From Moniliella sp. 'wahieum' (lineage: Eukaryota): a stretch of DNA of 64,000 nucleotides. The notes under the pieces are model-generated. The model saw nothing but the letters and a program-made list of their open reading frames with translations, was not told the DNA's origin and made no database searches. Positions 1 to 13,615 of the stretch are shown one piece after another. The position numbers were made by a program, and so were the translations under genes. Every line of letters begins with the position of its first letter. Positions within the stretch are counted from its first letter, which is position 1. Location: assembly GCA_003971905.1 (NCBI GenBank), contig RSEE01000043.1:372001-436000 (forward strand), in the 5' to 3' direction.

Positions 1-64
1 CTAGGGGACAGGAAAGCGGGCCGTTAGTATACCGATGCAGCAATTGAAGGATCCAGAAACGCAC

Positions 65-467
65 CGATATCACCGTTTCGCGGGTTGAGCGCAGCCAAAA
101 CGTTCTGCTCCGTGGCCACGTACACGGCAGTGCGGGCAGGCTCGTCGGCATTGGCAGCGCGAGGCAGAATACGGTGGAAACGGGGAGTAAGGTATTGGGC
201 GGCGGAAGGGAAGGATCCAGAAATGTTGGAAGCACCCACGAGTGGGGCGATGGAAAAGGGCGAGACAGGTGCGCCTGCCGACAAGGCCGAGGCGGGTGCG
301 CTGCCGCTCCAAGCAGGCCAGTCGGGCACTGCGTTGGAAAGTGGCACACCGACGCGCGGCACATAGTAGTCGACCAGGTCGGCCTCACCAGCACTCAGGG
401 CGAGGGCGCTCGGAAGCAGGCCGAGGGCGCCCGCCACCGCAGTGGCCGCAACGGAGAGCCAGCGCAT
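65..467 (-). CDS. EMC1: ER membrane protein complex subunit 1, first exon (gene continues off the window)
   Basis: Signal peptide MRWLSVAATAVAGALGLLPSALA followed by ..EADLVDYY..VGVP and VYVATEQNVLAALNPRNGDI, typical of the EMC1 N-terminus. An intron spans 64..1 on the minus strand (GTGCGT...ACTAAC...CCCTAG). Confidence 0.8.
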
Positions 468-866
468 GCGAAGAGAAGAGCGGTGTGGGGGTGGGGCTCG
501 AGGCGCTCGAGGCGGGGGTCGGGGTGGGGACAAGCCAGTGGTCGTGCCCAGATGCGCCCTTCGGCGCATTACGTACACGCCAGTCTGCTCCTGCCACGTC
601 GACGACAGAACCCCCTGGCTGAAATTTCAGACGGGGTATTGTTTCCCTTCAGTGCGATTCAAGCACTCTTTCGGTGCCCGGGCCGACTCGGCGGTTTCCA
701 ATCCGCATCTGCTCCGAAGAACCAAGGGGCAAGCTGATAGGAAAGTACCCTTGGATGTGCACCTCATCTCAGCCACCCTCTGAGTGGACAACAATAAGAG
801 ATTTCCCCAATCAATCCAACATCTCACCTATGCCATATCTTATTGGCGATGAAGAGCACGTCGGCC

Positions 867-1077
867 GCTCAAAAATACTTTTCCGGAAGGGTATGAACCA
901 AAAACTAAGCGCCGATAGCGGGGAAGGGGGTCAAACTCTTGACGCGTTTCGAAATAGTTGTTGCAAGGGGCTCAGACGCGGGGGATCCCCTCTCCCCCCA
1001 GTCTTCTGGTGGGGAACGTATGCCTTGCCTGCTCAAAAATGCTTCCGGAAGGGTATACCGGATGACCCAAAAACTAA
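867..1077. repeat. Imperfect ~45-bp direct repeat (867-909 and 1031-1077)
   Basis: GCTCAAAAATACTTTTCCGGAAGGGTATGAACCAAAAACTAA versus GCTCAAAAATGCTTCCGGAAGGGTATACCGGATGACCCAAAAACTAA. Confidence 0.7.
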
Positions 1078-1404
1078 CTTTTTTACTTCCGTTTGATCAG
1101 GTGGTCATATCCCTTCTCCTGAGGGCTTCCTTTCATTGACGGGAGCGTCAGTTCATCAGGCCAAAGTGATTGGACAGTCTCATTGCAGTCGCGCAGTCTT
1201 GCGAGTGGTGCTGGATGACAACACGCGGGCACACAGACGAGCCCGACGGAGCCGAGAGAGAACTGATACACTTTCCTTTTGTCGCCCTCAGTCTGGGCTG
1301 TATCGACGTCCAAACCAGGCTGACTTATCTCAACGTTGGATAAACCGATGTCCAGCTTTTTGCTGTGAAACGGAGTACATTCCCTTGGATCTATGCACTT
1401 TGGA

Positions 1405-1463
1405 TTGAGCTTCTTTCTGTTACGGTGCCAAGTTTGAGCTTCTTTCTGTTACGGCGCCAAGTT
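1405..1463. repeat. 29-bp tandem duplication (2 copies, 1 mismatch)
   Basis: TTGAGCTTCTTTCTGTTACGG(T/C)GCCAAGT twice, with no spacer. Confidence 0.9.
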
Positions 1464-2398
1464 GGCATGGTCATTTTTGAGGTCCCTGAAAAATGATTTT
1501 GCATTGATTGGATTATTTAGACTTTGGTGTGGTGGATGCAAGTAAGTGCTCAGGCTCAGTTAAGCGAATGAGTTCCGAGTTGAGTCTCCGGGTCAGAGCA
1601 ACTCGTTTGCGCGTCTTCATCCTATGCGTTCCTCGTTCCTGGCCCGTGAGGACGGAGAAAACCCCGCCGCTTTATATTTTGGGCGTTTTTCTGGTTTCGA
1701 CTGTGCCTACACCGTTCCTGGCGGATTATGGCTTTCCTGCTCGGTCTGGGCGCCTTTCTGAGGACCGTTGGCCTGGCCTGGCAATCTTACCGGTACCCGA
1801 TAACCGGCTTTTTTGGTCGTGTGCGTTGTCTATTAGTAGAATTCGTTATAGATCCTGTGTCTGTATATGGCCATTGATCTTCAAATCTGTTCTTTCTCTT
1901 CCTGCACACATGGGAGACATGCAGACCAACGCTCTGAGCTAAGCAATAAGCGATAAGCGATAGGCGGTACGCTCCAAAACATGTTCGTGGCACAGATGAG
2001 CGTTGGATGTTCTCCTTAGCACCGTCAGGCTTCAGGGGGACTACTAAAACGATATCGGGTCCAATATGGTGTGTTATCATAACTATCCTAAACCATTGGA
2101 GCCATGCGCTCAAGTTTGGAAGCGATCTCTACCCACGTGTCCCCCTTGCGTCCGCCTCGAAGGTTGCTATACGGTATAAACGCATCACCCCAAGGATGCA
2201 AAGAGCAGAAGAGCAGAAGAGCAGAAAGGGCTTGGCTATGCACAGGGGGTTCGGAGGTCGTGGAGAGCAGTCGTATAATCACATAGAGGCACAGGGTCAC
2301 AGACAGTAGACAAATCCTGGACAGGGGCAGCGAGAATGGTAGAGATCGGACGCAGAGTCATACAAGGGCCACAGCACACGTCGGGAGTCGGGAAGGGA

Positions 2399-3734
2399 CT
2401 AATAGTACGGCACAGTGGCGGTATTGGAAGGATAAGGACCGTGCCTACGGCGATCCGTATCGTACCCATGCATCGCCGGGCGCGGAACATGTTGCACGTA
2501 CTCTGAACCTTGAGACCAACCACCCAGCATGGGTGCATCGTAGCGTGCGTCGTACGCCTCCGACGGTGAAGGGAGATTGGCCGCCATGGCAGAGGGGAAG
2601 GATGGCGGCGCACTTGTCCCCGCCGGTGTGGGGGGGAAAGGAGGAAGTGCATAGGAATTGGATACCATAGAAGGTGAAGTCTGCGGCTGCACTTGCATGG
2701 CCTGTTGAACCTGTTGGGCCTGCTGAAGCAGACGACGTTTCTTGGTGCGTTCACGATGAGACTCGTAGGTGATGCCGGAAAAGGCAAAGACGCACGTTGT
2801 TCCCTCGTCAGAGGTCCTCTCCTCATCAACGTGTCGTTCGTAGTGCAGGAACGCTTGCTCGCCACACACCGACTGCAAGGTACTTGGCGATCGCATCTGC
2901 TCACCCACGAGGCCAAGGTCAGAACCAGGACCAGATCCGCACAAAAAGAAGAGGGAAAATACGTACTTGACCTTGCGCCGTCTACATTCGTCGCATGCTG
3001 GTTGCCCTTCGCGAGCGCCCACTCGCGGCCGCAAGGAACGCTGAAGGTCAATTGAGTTGACCAGGTTGGCAATGTAGGCTGCACGGGTTTGCTCATCCAT
3101 CGCGCCTAGGGGACCCGCAGCCATGGAACTAGCATGTGCAGCAGGACCAGACACGGAGTGGTGTCGCGCCGGAGCTTCATAACCATCAGGAGAGCTCCAC
3201 TCTGTAGGAGTCGGCTGCACATGCTGATAAGCGGATGAGTACCGCGATCCTCGACCGTCGAGAGACGAGGGTGCTGACGAAGCGCTGCCGCCGCGCGTTC
3301 GCGCCACCACAGCCGGAGGGACAGAGCCATAGGGGGGGGCTGGGGGGGCCATGCCGTAGTAAGGATTGGCCTCGGAGTGAGAGCGCTGGGACGTAAGTGG
3401 AGGCGCCGGTGGCGCCGGCGCATACACCTCTGGGCCGAACGAATGAGCAAGGTGGGCGTCACGGTGCGAGCCATATGACGGAGTGTCTGTCCAAGCTCAT
3501 AATTAGCCATGCTTATGGGGACGGAACCGATCGACGAAAGGATTACTTACGATGCATGGTGGCCGGATTCGGAGCCGGGCCAGTGGGAGAGGGCGCATCA
3601 AAGAGGCCGCGCAGCGGCGGGAGTCGTGGACGAGACATGGACTGCGGAGGAGGAGCTGCGCTTGGGGAGGGGTACATAGACGTGTTGGTTGGGGAAAGTT
3701 GCTCAGATACTAGGCGCTTGGCTGATGGGATCAT
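2399..3734 (-). CDS. Zn(II)2Cys6 (GAL4-type) transcription factor
   Basis: ACDECRRRKVK|CDRQVPCSRCVASKRSC is rebuilt across a GTACGT..CAG intron (2966..2897). Flanks are Pro/Ser/Gln-rich and there is another donor GTAAGT near 3549. Start and stop positions are uncertain. Confidence 0.85.
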
Positions 3735-5226
3735 CTCGTATACCGGAAGAGAACGGCGGCAGGTGGCAGCACGGCAGCACAGCAGCAGGGGTAGTGTCAA
3801 CAGATGAATGGCCGGTGCACTGGGGAGCACAGGAAAGAAGAAGGCTGAGCGTTGGTGAGCTGGCGACGAAAGAACAGAGGACAGTGATGGTGGTGGTGAG
3901 AGGCTTGGTCTCGTGTGGGGGGCAGATGGTGGTGTAGGCCGCTGTTGGTCCCAGCGGCAGCCACCGTGGGATAACAGGCACAAGAAAGTTTGGCCTGCAG
4001 CGTCTGGAGGAGGGGGCGCTAGGCTGCACCAGGGGGCACCCCACGGGTGCAGGTGCGTGCAGAGGCTGGAGGTGCGGGCTGGTGCCTGCTGTGGCCTGGC
4101 GCTGCGTCGCACGGTCGCAATTATCAGTCTGACCTACGTGAGGGCCGCCGTGCACGGGGGCAGTTTGGGCTGCAATCAGCCACTCAGGTACAGGGACACC
4201 AGGGCACCTGGCTGCCGAGCGCTTCGCACAGCACTGGTCCAGTGTGCCTGGAAGAGAGCGCTGGCCGAGCGCTGAGCCTGGGCGCGATATGCATCCCTTG
4301 CAGGTGCTAGACCAGGCTAGCCTGCCTCACTGGCACTGCGTCCTGAAGGAAGCACTATACGTACTCCGTACGTACGCAGGACTGATGTACTGATGTACCG
4401 ATGTGCCTCCCGGGACAACGGTGTACGGCCAGGCATACAGGGCAGGTGCGAGAGATGCAGCGGCCGTCTGGGCATGGCCAGGCCGCAGGCGGCCAGTGTC
4501 CACAGTGCTGGGCGCCATGTGTACTGGACGCAGTGGTGCGCAAGAGAGCACGCGGCGCCGCCTGGACGAGCACGCCTGCCCCAGCCGTGCTCGGGGTGCG
4601 CTGGAAGCGAGAGGCAGTAGCTAGTCAGTATCCACTGTATCGGGGCGCATCCCACACGGCGGAACAATATGCGCACTCGTGTCGGACAGACAGGAACCCA
4701 ATCACAGCGTGTGGACGCGGCCGGGACAAGCAATGGCGGTGCTGCGGCCTGCTGCCACGCCGAGTGCGTTATCGCAACCTTGCTTGCGCACTGGCAATCG
4801 CCTATCGCACAATCAACCCACCAAACATCCGAACAAGGCAGCACGCCGGTGTGGGCAGCCACCGCGCCGGTGCCGGGGTCTGGCCGTGGCTGGCCAGGCG
4901 CCAAGGCGGGATGTGCCAGCGCCCCCACCCGTGCCGGGCACAGCCATGCGGAGGCGCCGCCGCCGCATCGACAGTGTGATGCCTGCGACGCTGATAAAAT
5001 GATTGGCCGCAGAGGGCGGCGGCGGCACAAGCTCGGCCGGCAGCGTTGGCCCCACACTGGTGCCACGCGCATCAGGCACGCTGCGGGTTTTTTGGGGCAA
5101 ATGTACCACACATGCATGGGTGATTGTGTGTGCGGACGCGTGGGCGCTGTCCCGCCTGCTTCTATCCGCTTCTATCGGCGTGTATGTAACAGCACTGGGG
5201 CGGGCACGCGGAAGGGAATTAACGGA

Positions 5227-5575
5227 TGATGCATGATGCATGCATGATGCATGCTTTTCATGCTTTTCATGGGACCCAAGCCCCCAGCTTCAAGCTCCCA
5301 GCTTCAAGCTCCCAGCTTCAAGCTCTTCAAGATAGCTTCACCGCCAGCTAGTCACGACAGCTTCGTTTTGGCCGCTCCAAGTCGCTACACTGCTCAGTAT
5401 TCGGTACTCAGTGAGTACCCGGTCTGATTACTCAGTCTCAGTACTCAAGACGTACTCAAGCTTCCAGCCTTCCAACAGCTTCCAGCAGTACCAGGAGGTA
5501 CCTGAGATCATCCACTCAATCAGTACAGTCCTTGTGGACCGCATGTGACATGTGACATGGGATGCATGATGCATG
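5227..5575. repeat. Intergenic cluster of 7/14-bp periodic repeats
   Basis: (TGATGCA)n at 5227-5254, (CCCAGCTTCAAGCT)x3 at 5283-5324, TCAGTACTCA near 5438 and TGACATGTGACATG at 5546. Confidence 0.8.
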
Positions 5576-5850
5576 AGACCGTGGCCTGTATGTTGATGAA
5601 AAGTTTACCCACACACCCTTTGGCATACCGTGTCGTATCTTCTTCTGCGTAACATAGGACCGACATTGCAGTCACTTATCTTCCTGGTAGGGCCACGTGC
5701 TTGGGAATCCAACCCTCGTGCGGTATGCCGCTGCAATCATGCATAGGATCTGCATCATCATGGTCTTGTGGGCTGCATGGCGTCCAAATTGTTTGCATCA
5801 AACGCCATCTTTTGCGCATCATAAGTGACTAGCGAGCGGAGTCCAAAAAG

Positions 5851-5945
5851 TGACGAGAGTGGGATTCGAACCCACGCCCCGGAGGACTGCGGTTATTGGA
5901 ACAGGTTCCTTAACACAGCGCGTTAGACCACTTCGCTATCTCGCC
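5851..5945 (-). tRNA. tRNA-Leu(AAG), intron-containing
   Basis: Reverse complement GGCGAGATAGCGAAGTGGTCTAACGCG-CTGTG TT AAG G [~15-nt intron] C CGCAG-long variable arm-GTGGGTTCGAATCCCAC-TCTCGTCA, followed by an oligo-T terminator. Confidence 0.93.
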
Positions 5946-6549
5946 AACTGCCATTTCGACGGCAGCATAGGTTACCACACCCTATGGTCGACAGGACTTT
6001 CGGCTGGGACAGAGAAACGCTACGCTTAAGATGCTCGCTCATCTCGCCCTTACACGGCGTGTGCTGCTGCTCGCACAAAACGAACCAGAAACTCAGCCTA
6101 GCCTCGTGCAACGCGCCCAACGTGGACTGGGTGCGGTGCTAAGATTGTGGTAGGGGGTTAAAGGCAAACCATTATGATGTCTGTGGGACTATGATACGCT
6201 TGCTGCACTACAGTTTCTCTCTCGCTCCCTTACCACCCCCAGGAGGTCCACCTCGATCGAGCAGCGCTTGGAACCTTCCTTTTCCCCCGGGACCCCTCAC
6301 TCCATCACCCCAGCACGCCCCGCCCCTCTCCTGTCCCGCCTATAAGCATGTTGCCGACCGACGGTAGTTACTACTTCACTTATCGTTGCCAGTTGTGAGT
6401 TCCATCAGGCCCTGTCTCTAGTACGCACAGGAACCAACGCCCAAGAAAGAAAGCAGAATCGTTTGATGCATGAACGTGGAATGAACTCTTGGTGGTTGGG
6501 GTGGCTAGGCGCCCACACTGCCGCGTACCATACCGTATCGTACCGGTAC

Positions 6550-9500
6550 TTATACCGCGCCCACACGTGGCCCGTATCCGTATCCGTCCCCTGGCCCGTC
6601 CCCTGCCCCGTCCCGGACCCGTCCCGCTCTCTCTCTTGGGCATGAATGAGCGCCGCCTGCATCTTGCGCAGCAGCATCTCCATAAACGTCACCCGTTCCG
6701 GCGCATCGGGCACGGGGGCCGGGTAAAGCCCCAACTCCATCGTCCGATCCATCAGGATCGCTAGTTTCTCCAGCCCAAACCGGACCAAGCGCTGCACGTC
6801 CACCTCGCCCACTGGTACGGCGCGCGCGCTCGATCGCAGGCGGTGCCAGGTCCAAGTAAAACTCAAAGTGCCGACCGAGGAGGACGAGCAGGAGCTCAAT
6901 CACGCCCAAGCTGTGACCGATCGACGCTTTGAGCATACGCTCCCGTCGGTGGAGTAGATGAGAAGCAAGAGCCGGTTCGGCCGTCAGCTCAGCCCGTTGG
7001 GCGCGCGAAAAGGACTCCAACAGCGACCCTAGCTCCGCCGCCCCAAGGGTCGTTCCAACGTTGGTAAGCGCAAGCGCTACTTTGTCCAACTTTCCTACAT
7101 GCACCGACAGCGCATCAAACTCTTCTTCCAGAGCTTGCACTGCAGTGCCAAGCGAGGGCAAGGCGGGCCCGCGATGCAGCCCGCCCATCTCCCCGAACCC
7201 TTGGGCTGCACCACGGTCGACGAGCTCAGAACCGGGTGAATCGGCGCGGCTGTCCCCCGCACCGAAAGGCTCGGACGGGAGTAGGTTTCAAGGTAGCCCA
7301 ACAGAGCGCGTTGCAGTCGCTCGACAGCCAAGGAAACGCGCTGCTCGAATCGAAGTTGGCCATCTTGCATGACAACTTGGCTAGCTTGCTCGCGCTCCGT
7401 CTCGGTCATTGGCACCACCCGCCCTGCCCAGCCGGATTTGGCGAGGAAGATGGCCGAAACCGAGAGAAGTTGGTGGTGGTAGTTGGGGGCGTGAGACGGG
7501 AGTGGGTGGTGCAGTTTGGCAGCACGCAGACTCAGAAGAATGACGAGCAAATGCGCCTGTTCCACTTGGCCCAGGGACACCTCGGCCATCATCAAGCTCT
7601 GCAACACTTCTACCAACGATTCGCCCTGATTCGCCAACAGCGCCGAGATCGAGTCGTTCGCCAGTGGCGAAAGACTGGACATGGACGTGACCAGTTCCAA
7701 GGCAGCCGTGAGCAGCTCCGCGTACCGTTCCCTCGCCGCCGGCAGAAATCCTTCCGTGTCAGTGACACTTTGGCTGGAGGGGGGAGAAGCCGCAATGAAG
7801 TCTGCTTGGGCCAGGATGTTGATCAGACCGAGATCGAGGAGCGCCTCAACGCCCTTGCGTGACATGGCTAGACGGACAAAGAAAGCCATCTGGGCTTGGT
7901 AGACGTAGAGTGCGTTCAAGGTGGCTGGATCAGGTCGTAGGCACTCTTGTAGAGCCAAATCCGAATCCCGCAGCGCCGAAACCATTGCCTTGAGGTACCC
8001 CTGCTTGTTCAACGTGTCCAACACTTTGGATGGCCGAACCCATCGGGAACCTTCCAGCTCTACAAGTTTGTCGAGAGCAGTGTAAGCCACCGCCTTCCAC
8101 ACATCCCCCGCCTCCAGCACATCCTTCGCCAAGCGCATCACCACCTCCGTCCCCCGCTCGTCCAAGACCAGTCGAATTTGCAACAAGGTCGTCGTGCCCG
8201 TTGGTGGTACCGCGAACGTCGATCCCGCGGCGGATGCATCATCAGGTACGTCCCACTCGTCGCCCCCCAGTGCGCCCCCTTGCTCCTGCTGGACAAAGGA
8301 GAGTAGGTTGACCAAAGCAGAGTACAAATTGCCCCGGGTTAAATTGGTGAGACCAGGTTGGAGAATGGCAGAGATGAGCAACCGGACAACTGATACGATC
8401 TGCGCCGCGGACTGGGGCTCAAATTCGTCGGTCCACTCCTTGGCCATCAGACGCACAGCTGCAACCAGTTCCAGTACTGCTCCTGAAACGATCTCCAGGT
8501 TGACCCGGTCAGCCGCGGGAGTGATCAGGGGCAACAGGATGGTCAAGAGGGAGAACAGAACCGCGCTCCGTGCATTGGTGTGCAGCAGGGAACTGCACCG
8601 GGACAAGATCATCCCCACTGCGTTTCGCCAGTGCTTCAGCGCCAACGTACGGGCCGAGCGAATGGAAGCGTGCGCGTTTTGCGCATCCATCCACTGCAGC
8701 CACCGGTCCGCGTCGGCATCAAATGCATCGCGGGACGCTTGGTCGTTCAGTCCAGCACTTTTGTCCAGTTCTTTGCGCGCCAGCACAAGTGTTGTGCGTG
8801 CCTTGTCCAGATCAAACACCTTGCCTTCCTCATCGGTACGAGCAAGATCATCATTGAGGTTGGCCAGAACAGTCATTTGAGCCCGGAGGGAATCACGAGT
8901 ATCCGCCCAGACAAATCCAAAACTGGCGAGCAGGTTGGTTACTTGCAGGCCATCGGCCTGCGGGTCCATCAGCATACCGACCAGCGAAAAAGACAGATTG
9001 GTCAATCCTGCCGTAGACGCTGCGTGGATCTGGAGAGCAATCAACTCGAGCAGCGACGCCTTGATCCGCAAGGTGCTCACCAACGCCTCGACACTGGTCT
9101 GCACCACCTTGCCATCCGGATAGATCACCTGACCCATGCCTGTGTCCAGCGCACTGGGCGAGAAGGGGATGGCGCACAAGTGCTGGGCCATAAAATGCTC
9201 GTGAGTGCGCAGGTAAAGCAGCGTGGCCGAGCTGGAATAGGCGTCGGTGCACAACTCGAGCAGCAACTGGAAGCATCGGTCGGCCAGGGCTGGATGGCCA
9301 ACCAGCAGCGACGACAGGCTTCCATCGTCGACGCGAATGAGCGAAAGAATAGCCAACAAGACGGTCTCCGGTGCGGATGTCGATCGGGTGGTAGACGTGG
9401 CGCTTCGGAGGATGAGGCAGCCACATCGTACCCGAGTAAAAGGTGGGCAACATTGGGTGCCTGCAAACCAACGTGGTCAATAAAAACTGAAGAATGGCCA

Positions 9501-12363
9501 TACGAATGCTGCACTTGGGAGCAACAGAGCCGGTTTGCTCGTCCTCCACATCCCCCACGTCAGCATCGTCGGGCTTTTGCAGGTGCTCAATATAGCCTGC
9601 CCGAACCCGATCCGTCTCGCCTGTCATCTCCAGCAAACCGGCCAGACGGTTGACCTTCTTACGACCGCCTGCTAGGCTGAACCGGTCCGAAACGGAGAAA
9701 GAGCTTGACGAAGCGAGGTAGCCCAACAATTGAATCGAAAGCTGCCCGACCGCAACGGAAGGTGCGTTGATGTAGAGTGCAATCTCCACCACTGTCTGGT
9801 GAGAGATAAGCAAGTGCTGGTCTAGCGGCGCATAACCGGACCCCGCACCGGAGCCGGAGGCATCGTCCCCTCCTTCCATCAAGACGGGAAGTAAATTCCG
9901 CAGGAATCCATCTTGGACCTCAAATACCCGTGCAAGACTCTGCATCGCCAGCTTAACCACCCTCGTCAAGAGCGAAGAAGATCGGGAGAGGGACTCATAC
10001 CCGGTACCCAAAAGGCCATAGATCTCCTGTGCCAAGGGCTCATTAAGAAGAATACTCTTCACAAGTAAGAAACCTGGCGTCCTCTCGGGGAGGGAGACCA
10101 GGCCAAAGCTAGCGGAAGGGGGCCAAGCGGAACTCGAGCAACGGCAACGGACAAAAACTCGAGGCAGGCAACGGTTACCTTCCATCTCTCTGAGGGATCG
10201 GCATACTCGCGCCCAGCAGCCTTGAGAAACACATGCTGAACAACAAAGTCGACGTAACCGTCCGCCCCCTCTGTTATGCAAGGTACCACTGCGGTAAGAA
10301 GGTTCACCAAAGCCGTGGTGGCAGGGTAGGTCTGGCGCGCAGCCTCAACCCGCTCCAGTTGGTAAATAGCACCCGAAGCTGCAATGTTCCGTTGCAAGCG
10401 AGCATCGAACGCCGACTTGCCCGTGCCCAGAAAGTCGGTAGTCATCAGGAGGGTCCACAATTCGTCTCCAATTGGCCCTGCTCCAGGGTTGTCCTGACGG
10501 GCAAAGGCGGCCAAAACGTTCAACAGGGCCGCTTTGAGTTCGACAGGGATGGGCAGAAGAGCAAGATGGAACAGGTTCTTGATCACACGGAAGTCGGAGC
10601 GCTCGTACAGAGCGGTGCGCGCGACTTGAGAGTAGTACACCACGTTTCGTAGCAGATCCAAAAAGGCAACCAGTTGGCTCACCTCTCCTGCACGCATCTC
10701 CTGAGGTGCGGCAGTCTGTTCGTACAAGTCGGTGATATGCTGTACTTGCGCAAACAGGCCCGACCAGGTAAGGAACCTATCATCCAAGTGATTGAGCAGG
10801 TTGTGGGCTTGCATCGCACCTTGGGCCAGAGGCCAAAGCGGCGAGCATACCCAAGAGAGAAAGCCGGGTGCTGGAGTTGCTAGTGTCAACGGCCCATATT
10901 AAGAAACGAGTGGGGCGACCGGCTGCGTCGGTCCAGAAGGGCAAACCAGATTCAGGCCGCCCGGAACATAAAGTGGAGATTAAATCAAACAGTTGTTGGA
11001 TCCCATGGGGCTGTTCATCCTTCGTCTCGCCTCCTGATCGAGAGTACCAGCTGGCGCTTTCCTCCTCCCGCTGAATCTGCTTCAGCAAGGGAAGCATCAC
11101 GTCTACCACACCCAAAACTAGTCGTTCAACTTGATTCAACACGTACGTCTCGAAGTCAGGATCGAGTTCGACCGGGTTGGGGGGTGAGGGGAGATCATTT
11201 TCCCATGTGCTGTCGGTGATCCTGTGGGTGCGGAAGGAAAGCACGTCGACGCTCAAAAAGGCAAACACACCCGAATGAATCGTGGTGGTGGCCAGGACCT
11301 GCAGTTGTTCGACTTGGCGGGCTGCTTCGACAGAAGGGGCGGGGGGAGACGCTGAATGACAGTCAAGATCCACTGCAGACCCAAGACCGAAGCCAGATGT
11401 TTGCTTTTCCACTCTGCTGGTGTCGAGACGGCCCGAGTTACTTGTGCAATTGCGTCGTCTCTTCAATCCACGGCCCTGGACGCTCCAGTGCCTCCAGGGT
11501 AGAGGTCAAGACGTAAATGGTGTTGGTGCCGAACTGGTCGGGGGAAGTGTGCTGCAACCACGAGAGAAGCGCGTGAATGTCGCTTTGATAAATGTATCCC
11601 GATAGGCACAAAAGAGAAAGGACATGGGCAGCTTCCTGTGCTTCCAAAGTAAGGTAGCTCACCGTTTCTTCGATCAAGTCATCGGGAACTGGGGCAGACC
11701 CGACGCTAACTTGATAAAGTTGCTTGTTCTGGTCCTGGGACGAGTCCAAAAGGGCCAACAGGGAGGGTACCAAGCGTTCTGTCTTTCGCGCGGAAAGAGA
11801 AACGTCCATAGTGACAAGAGATAAGGAATGGATCAAGTAGGTCCGGGAGGAGCGTCTGCTCTTGGCTGCGAGCATCCAAGACAGTAGCAAGGACCTGCTT
11901 TAGTGTCCCAAGCAGGGCCAGTTTTTCCCTGTGAAACAGGATACAGGCAGTATGCACGGTCCCTCTTCCCCACTCCCGCGACTGGATCGGGCCACTTGCA
12001 AAAGGGACGCTGCATACCGCTCCGACACGTCCAGGACACGGGAGAGGAGCAAAGTCTGTTCCACCGACTCGGGGGAGAACGAGATGCGGGTTCCGTCAAG
12101 GACAACCGTACCTACCTCCAAGGAATTAGTATGTATCCACAAGACCATAGGGAGGAGAAATGAAACGCACCACTCTCAATCTCTTTGTGCTCCGCACGGC
12201 TGGGCGGGCGCACGGCCCCCAAGGACGCCAGTTCTGGCTTGGCAGCATCCAGGGCGGTGAGCCAGGACGGAAAACGGGCGGAAGGCGAAGCGCCGTTTTC
12301 GAGGCCATCAGCGACGAGTCTTTGGAGAGCTTCGAAGCGCTCGGGAATGTAATGCGACGCCAT
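6550..12363 (-). CDS. NUP192: Nucleoporin Nup192/Nup205 (several apparent frameshifts, 5' intron)
   Basis: About 5.8 kb of consecutive helical-scaffold ORFs with Nup192-like segments: LPIPVELKAALLNVLAAFA, LERVEAARQTYPAT, PNVAHLLLGY, RGNLYSALVNLL, VWKAVAYTALDKL. The C-terminal end is approximate. Confidence 0.88.
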
Positions 12364-13615
12364 GGGGCAGAAGCCGCAACGGCGTGGCGGGCGAGGAGGG
12401 TGGGAGATGTGGTGGGAGTCGGAGTGGGGGCAGTCACTGGCGGGTACATCGAGTATCCAGGCCGCCTCGCGTGTTGTTAGCACAGCGGAATTGGCGTTCC
12501 GCGTCTTCCGTGTGTGCGTTCGGCCGCCGGGCTTAGTTGAACAATGAACATTTCACCAACTGCTGTTTCGCCCGGATTCAGGTGGGACTGGATGTGGGCT
12601 ACGAGGTAATAGAGAACGCCATTTGGTCGATCCTTCTGTGTTCCACTATCATGTTCGCGTTGCAACGAGTAGCAACAACAATCGGCGGCAGAGCGGATCA
12701 TCCCAACATACAAACGAAAAAACAGGGCCAAACATAATTGCATTGCGAAAGAGAGGATAGAACGAATGTGGGGACATTGGGTGATGTGAAAAAGCTTGGG
12801 GGCAGAAGCACCAATTCACGACCTTTTTGTCCCTCTTCGCATTGAAAGCGTGCTTTTGGCAACTTTTTGACCCAGCCCGTCATGACCTCGACCGTCCTCC
12901 ATCGACACCCAGCACAAGGAAGGGCGGAGAAAGACGAGAAGCTCGGGGTGAGCTTCGAAAGTGCCTACTGACAAAAAAAAGACAACTCTGCCTTGGTCAA
13001 AAAAGTAACAGGTGGGGGGGAGCTTGTTGTTTCCTTTGGGTTCAAACACATGGGGGTTCCGTATGTATTGCTTCCGTCACGGGTTGAGAGCCGGGGTAAG
13101 CCAAGAAGGTTGGGGGCGTCGGCAGGGTGGGTGGTGGCACAAAGCCCAAGCAGCGAAGGCACCCAGCGGGGTGTTTGGTGTGCCAGGAAGAAAAAGCGGC
13201 GAGCATGCTGAGGTAATCAAGGCCAAGTCAGACTCCACTTGGGCGTTGTGGAGGCTTGGAGAGCCAAGATCCATTCCGGCCAAATTGAACTTGAACGTTC
13301 GACTGTCAACATGTCAACGTTCAATCGAACGTTCAAAGTATGTCAACGCTGGATCTGCAAATTGAAATCTGGGGTTGGATACCAGAGGCCGGGGATAGCA
13401 GATGATACCTCCGAACTGAGCACAGTGAGATCTGAGAACCCCACGAGAATCGGATGGGAGAGCCCCGGATTCAGTAACCGCGGCGGAGGGCACAAGCCCC
13501 GTATTGATCTTGATATGCCACGTTTGGGTCTAGTCTCCTGGCACCAGTTGGTTGAGCTCCACACCCCCAGCCGCGCGCACATGTTCCACCACCATCCCAT
13601 CTGCTTGCCGCCACC

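Noticed and set aside
1405..1463. CRISPR-like 29-bp repeat
   Set aside because: Only two adjacent copies, no spacers, no cas genes, and a eukaryotic context.
4317..5241. Long overlapping ORFs (up to 266 aa)
   Set aside because: GC-rich, Arg/Ala/Cys-biased translations in all frames with no motif. Most likely the upstream region of the Zn2Cys6 gene.
8580..9653. 357-aa plus-strand ORF and similar antisense ORFs over NIP1 and ABP1
   Set aside because: Antisense shadows of GC-rich coding sequence.
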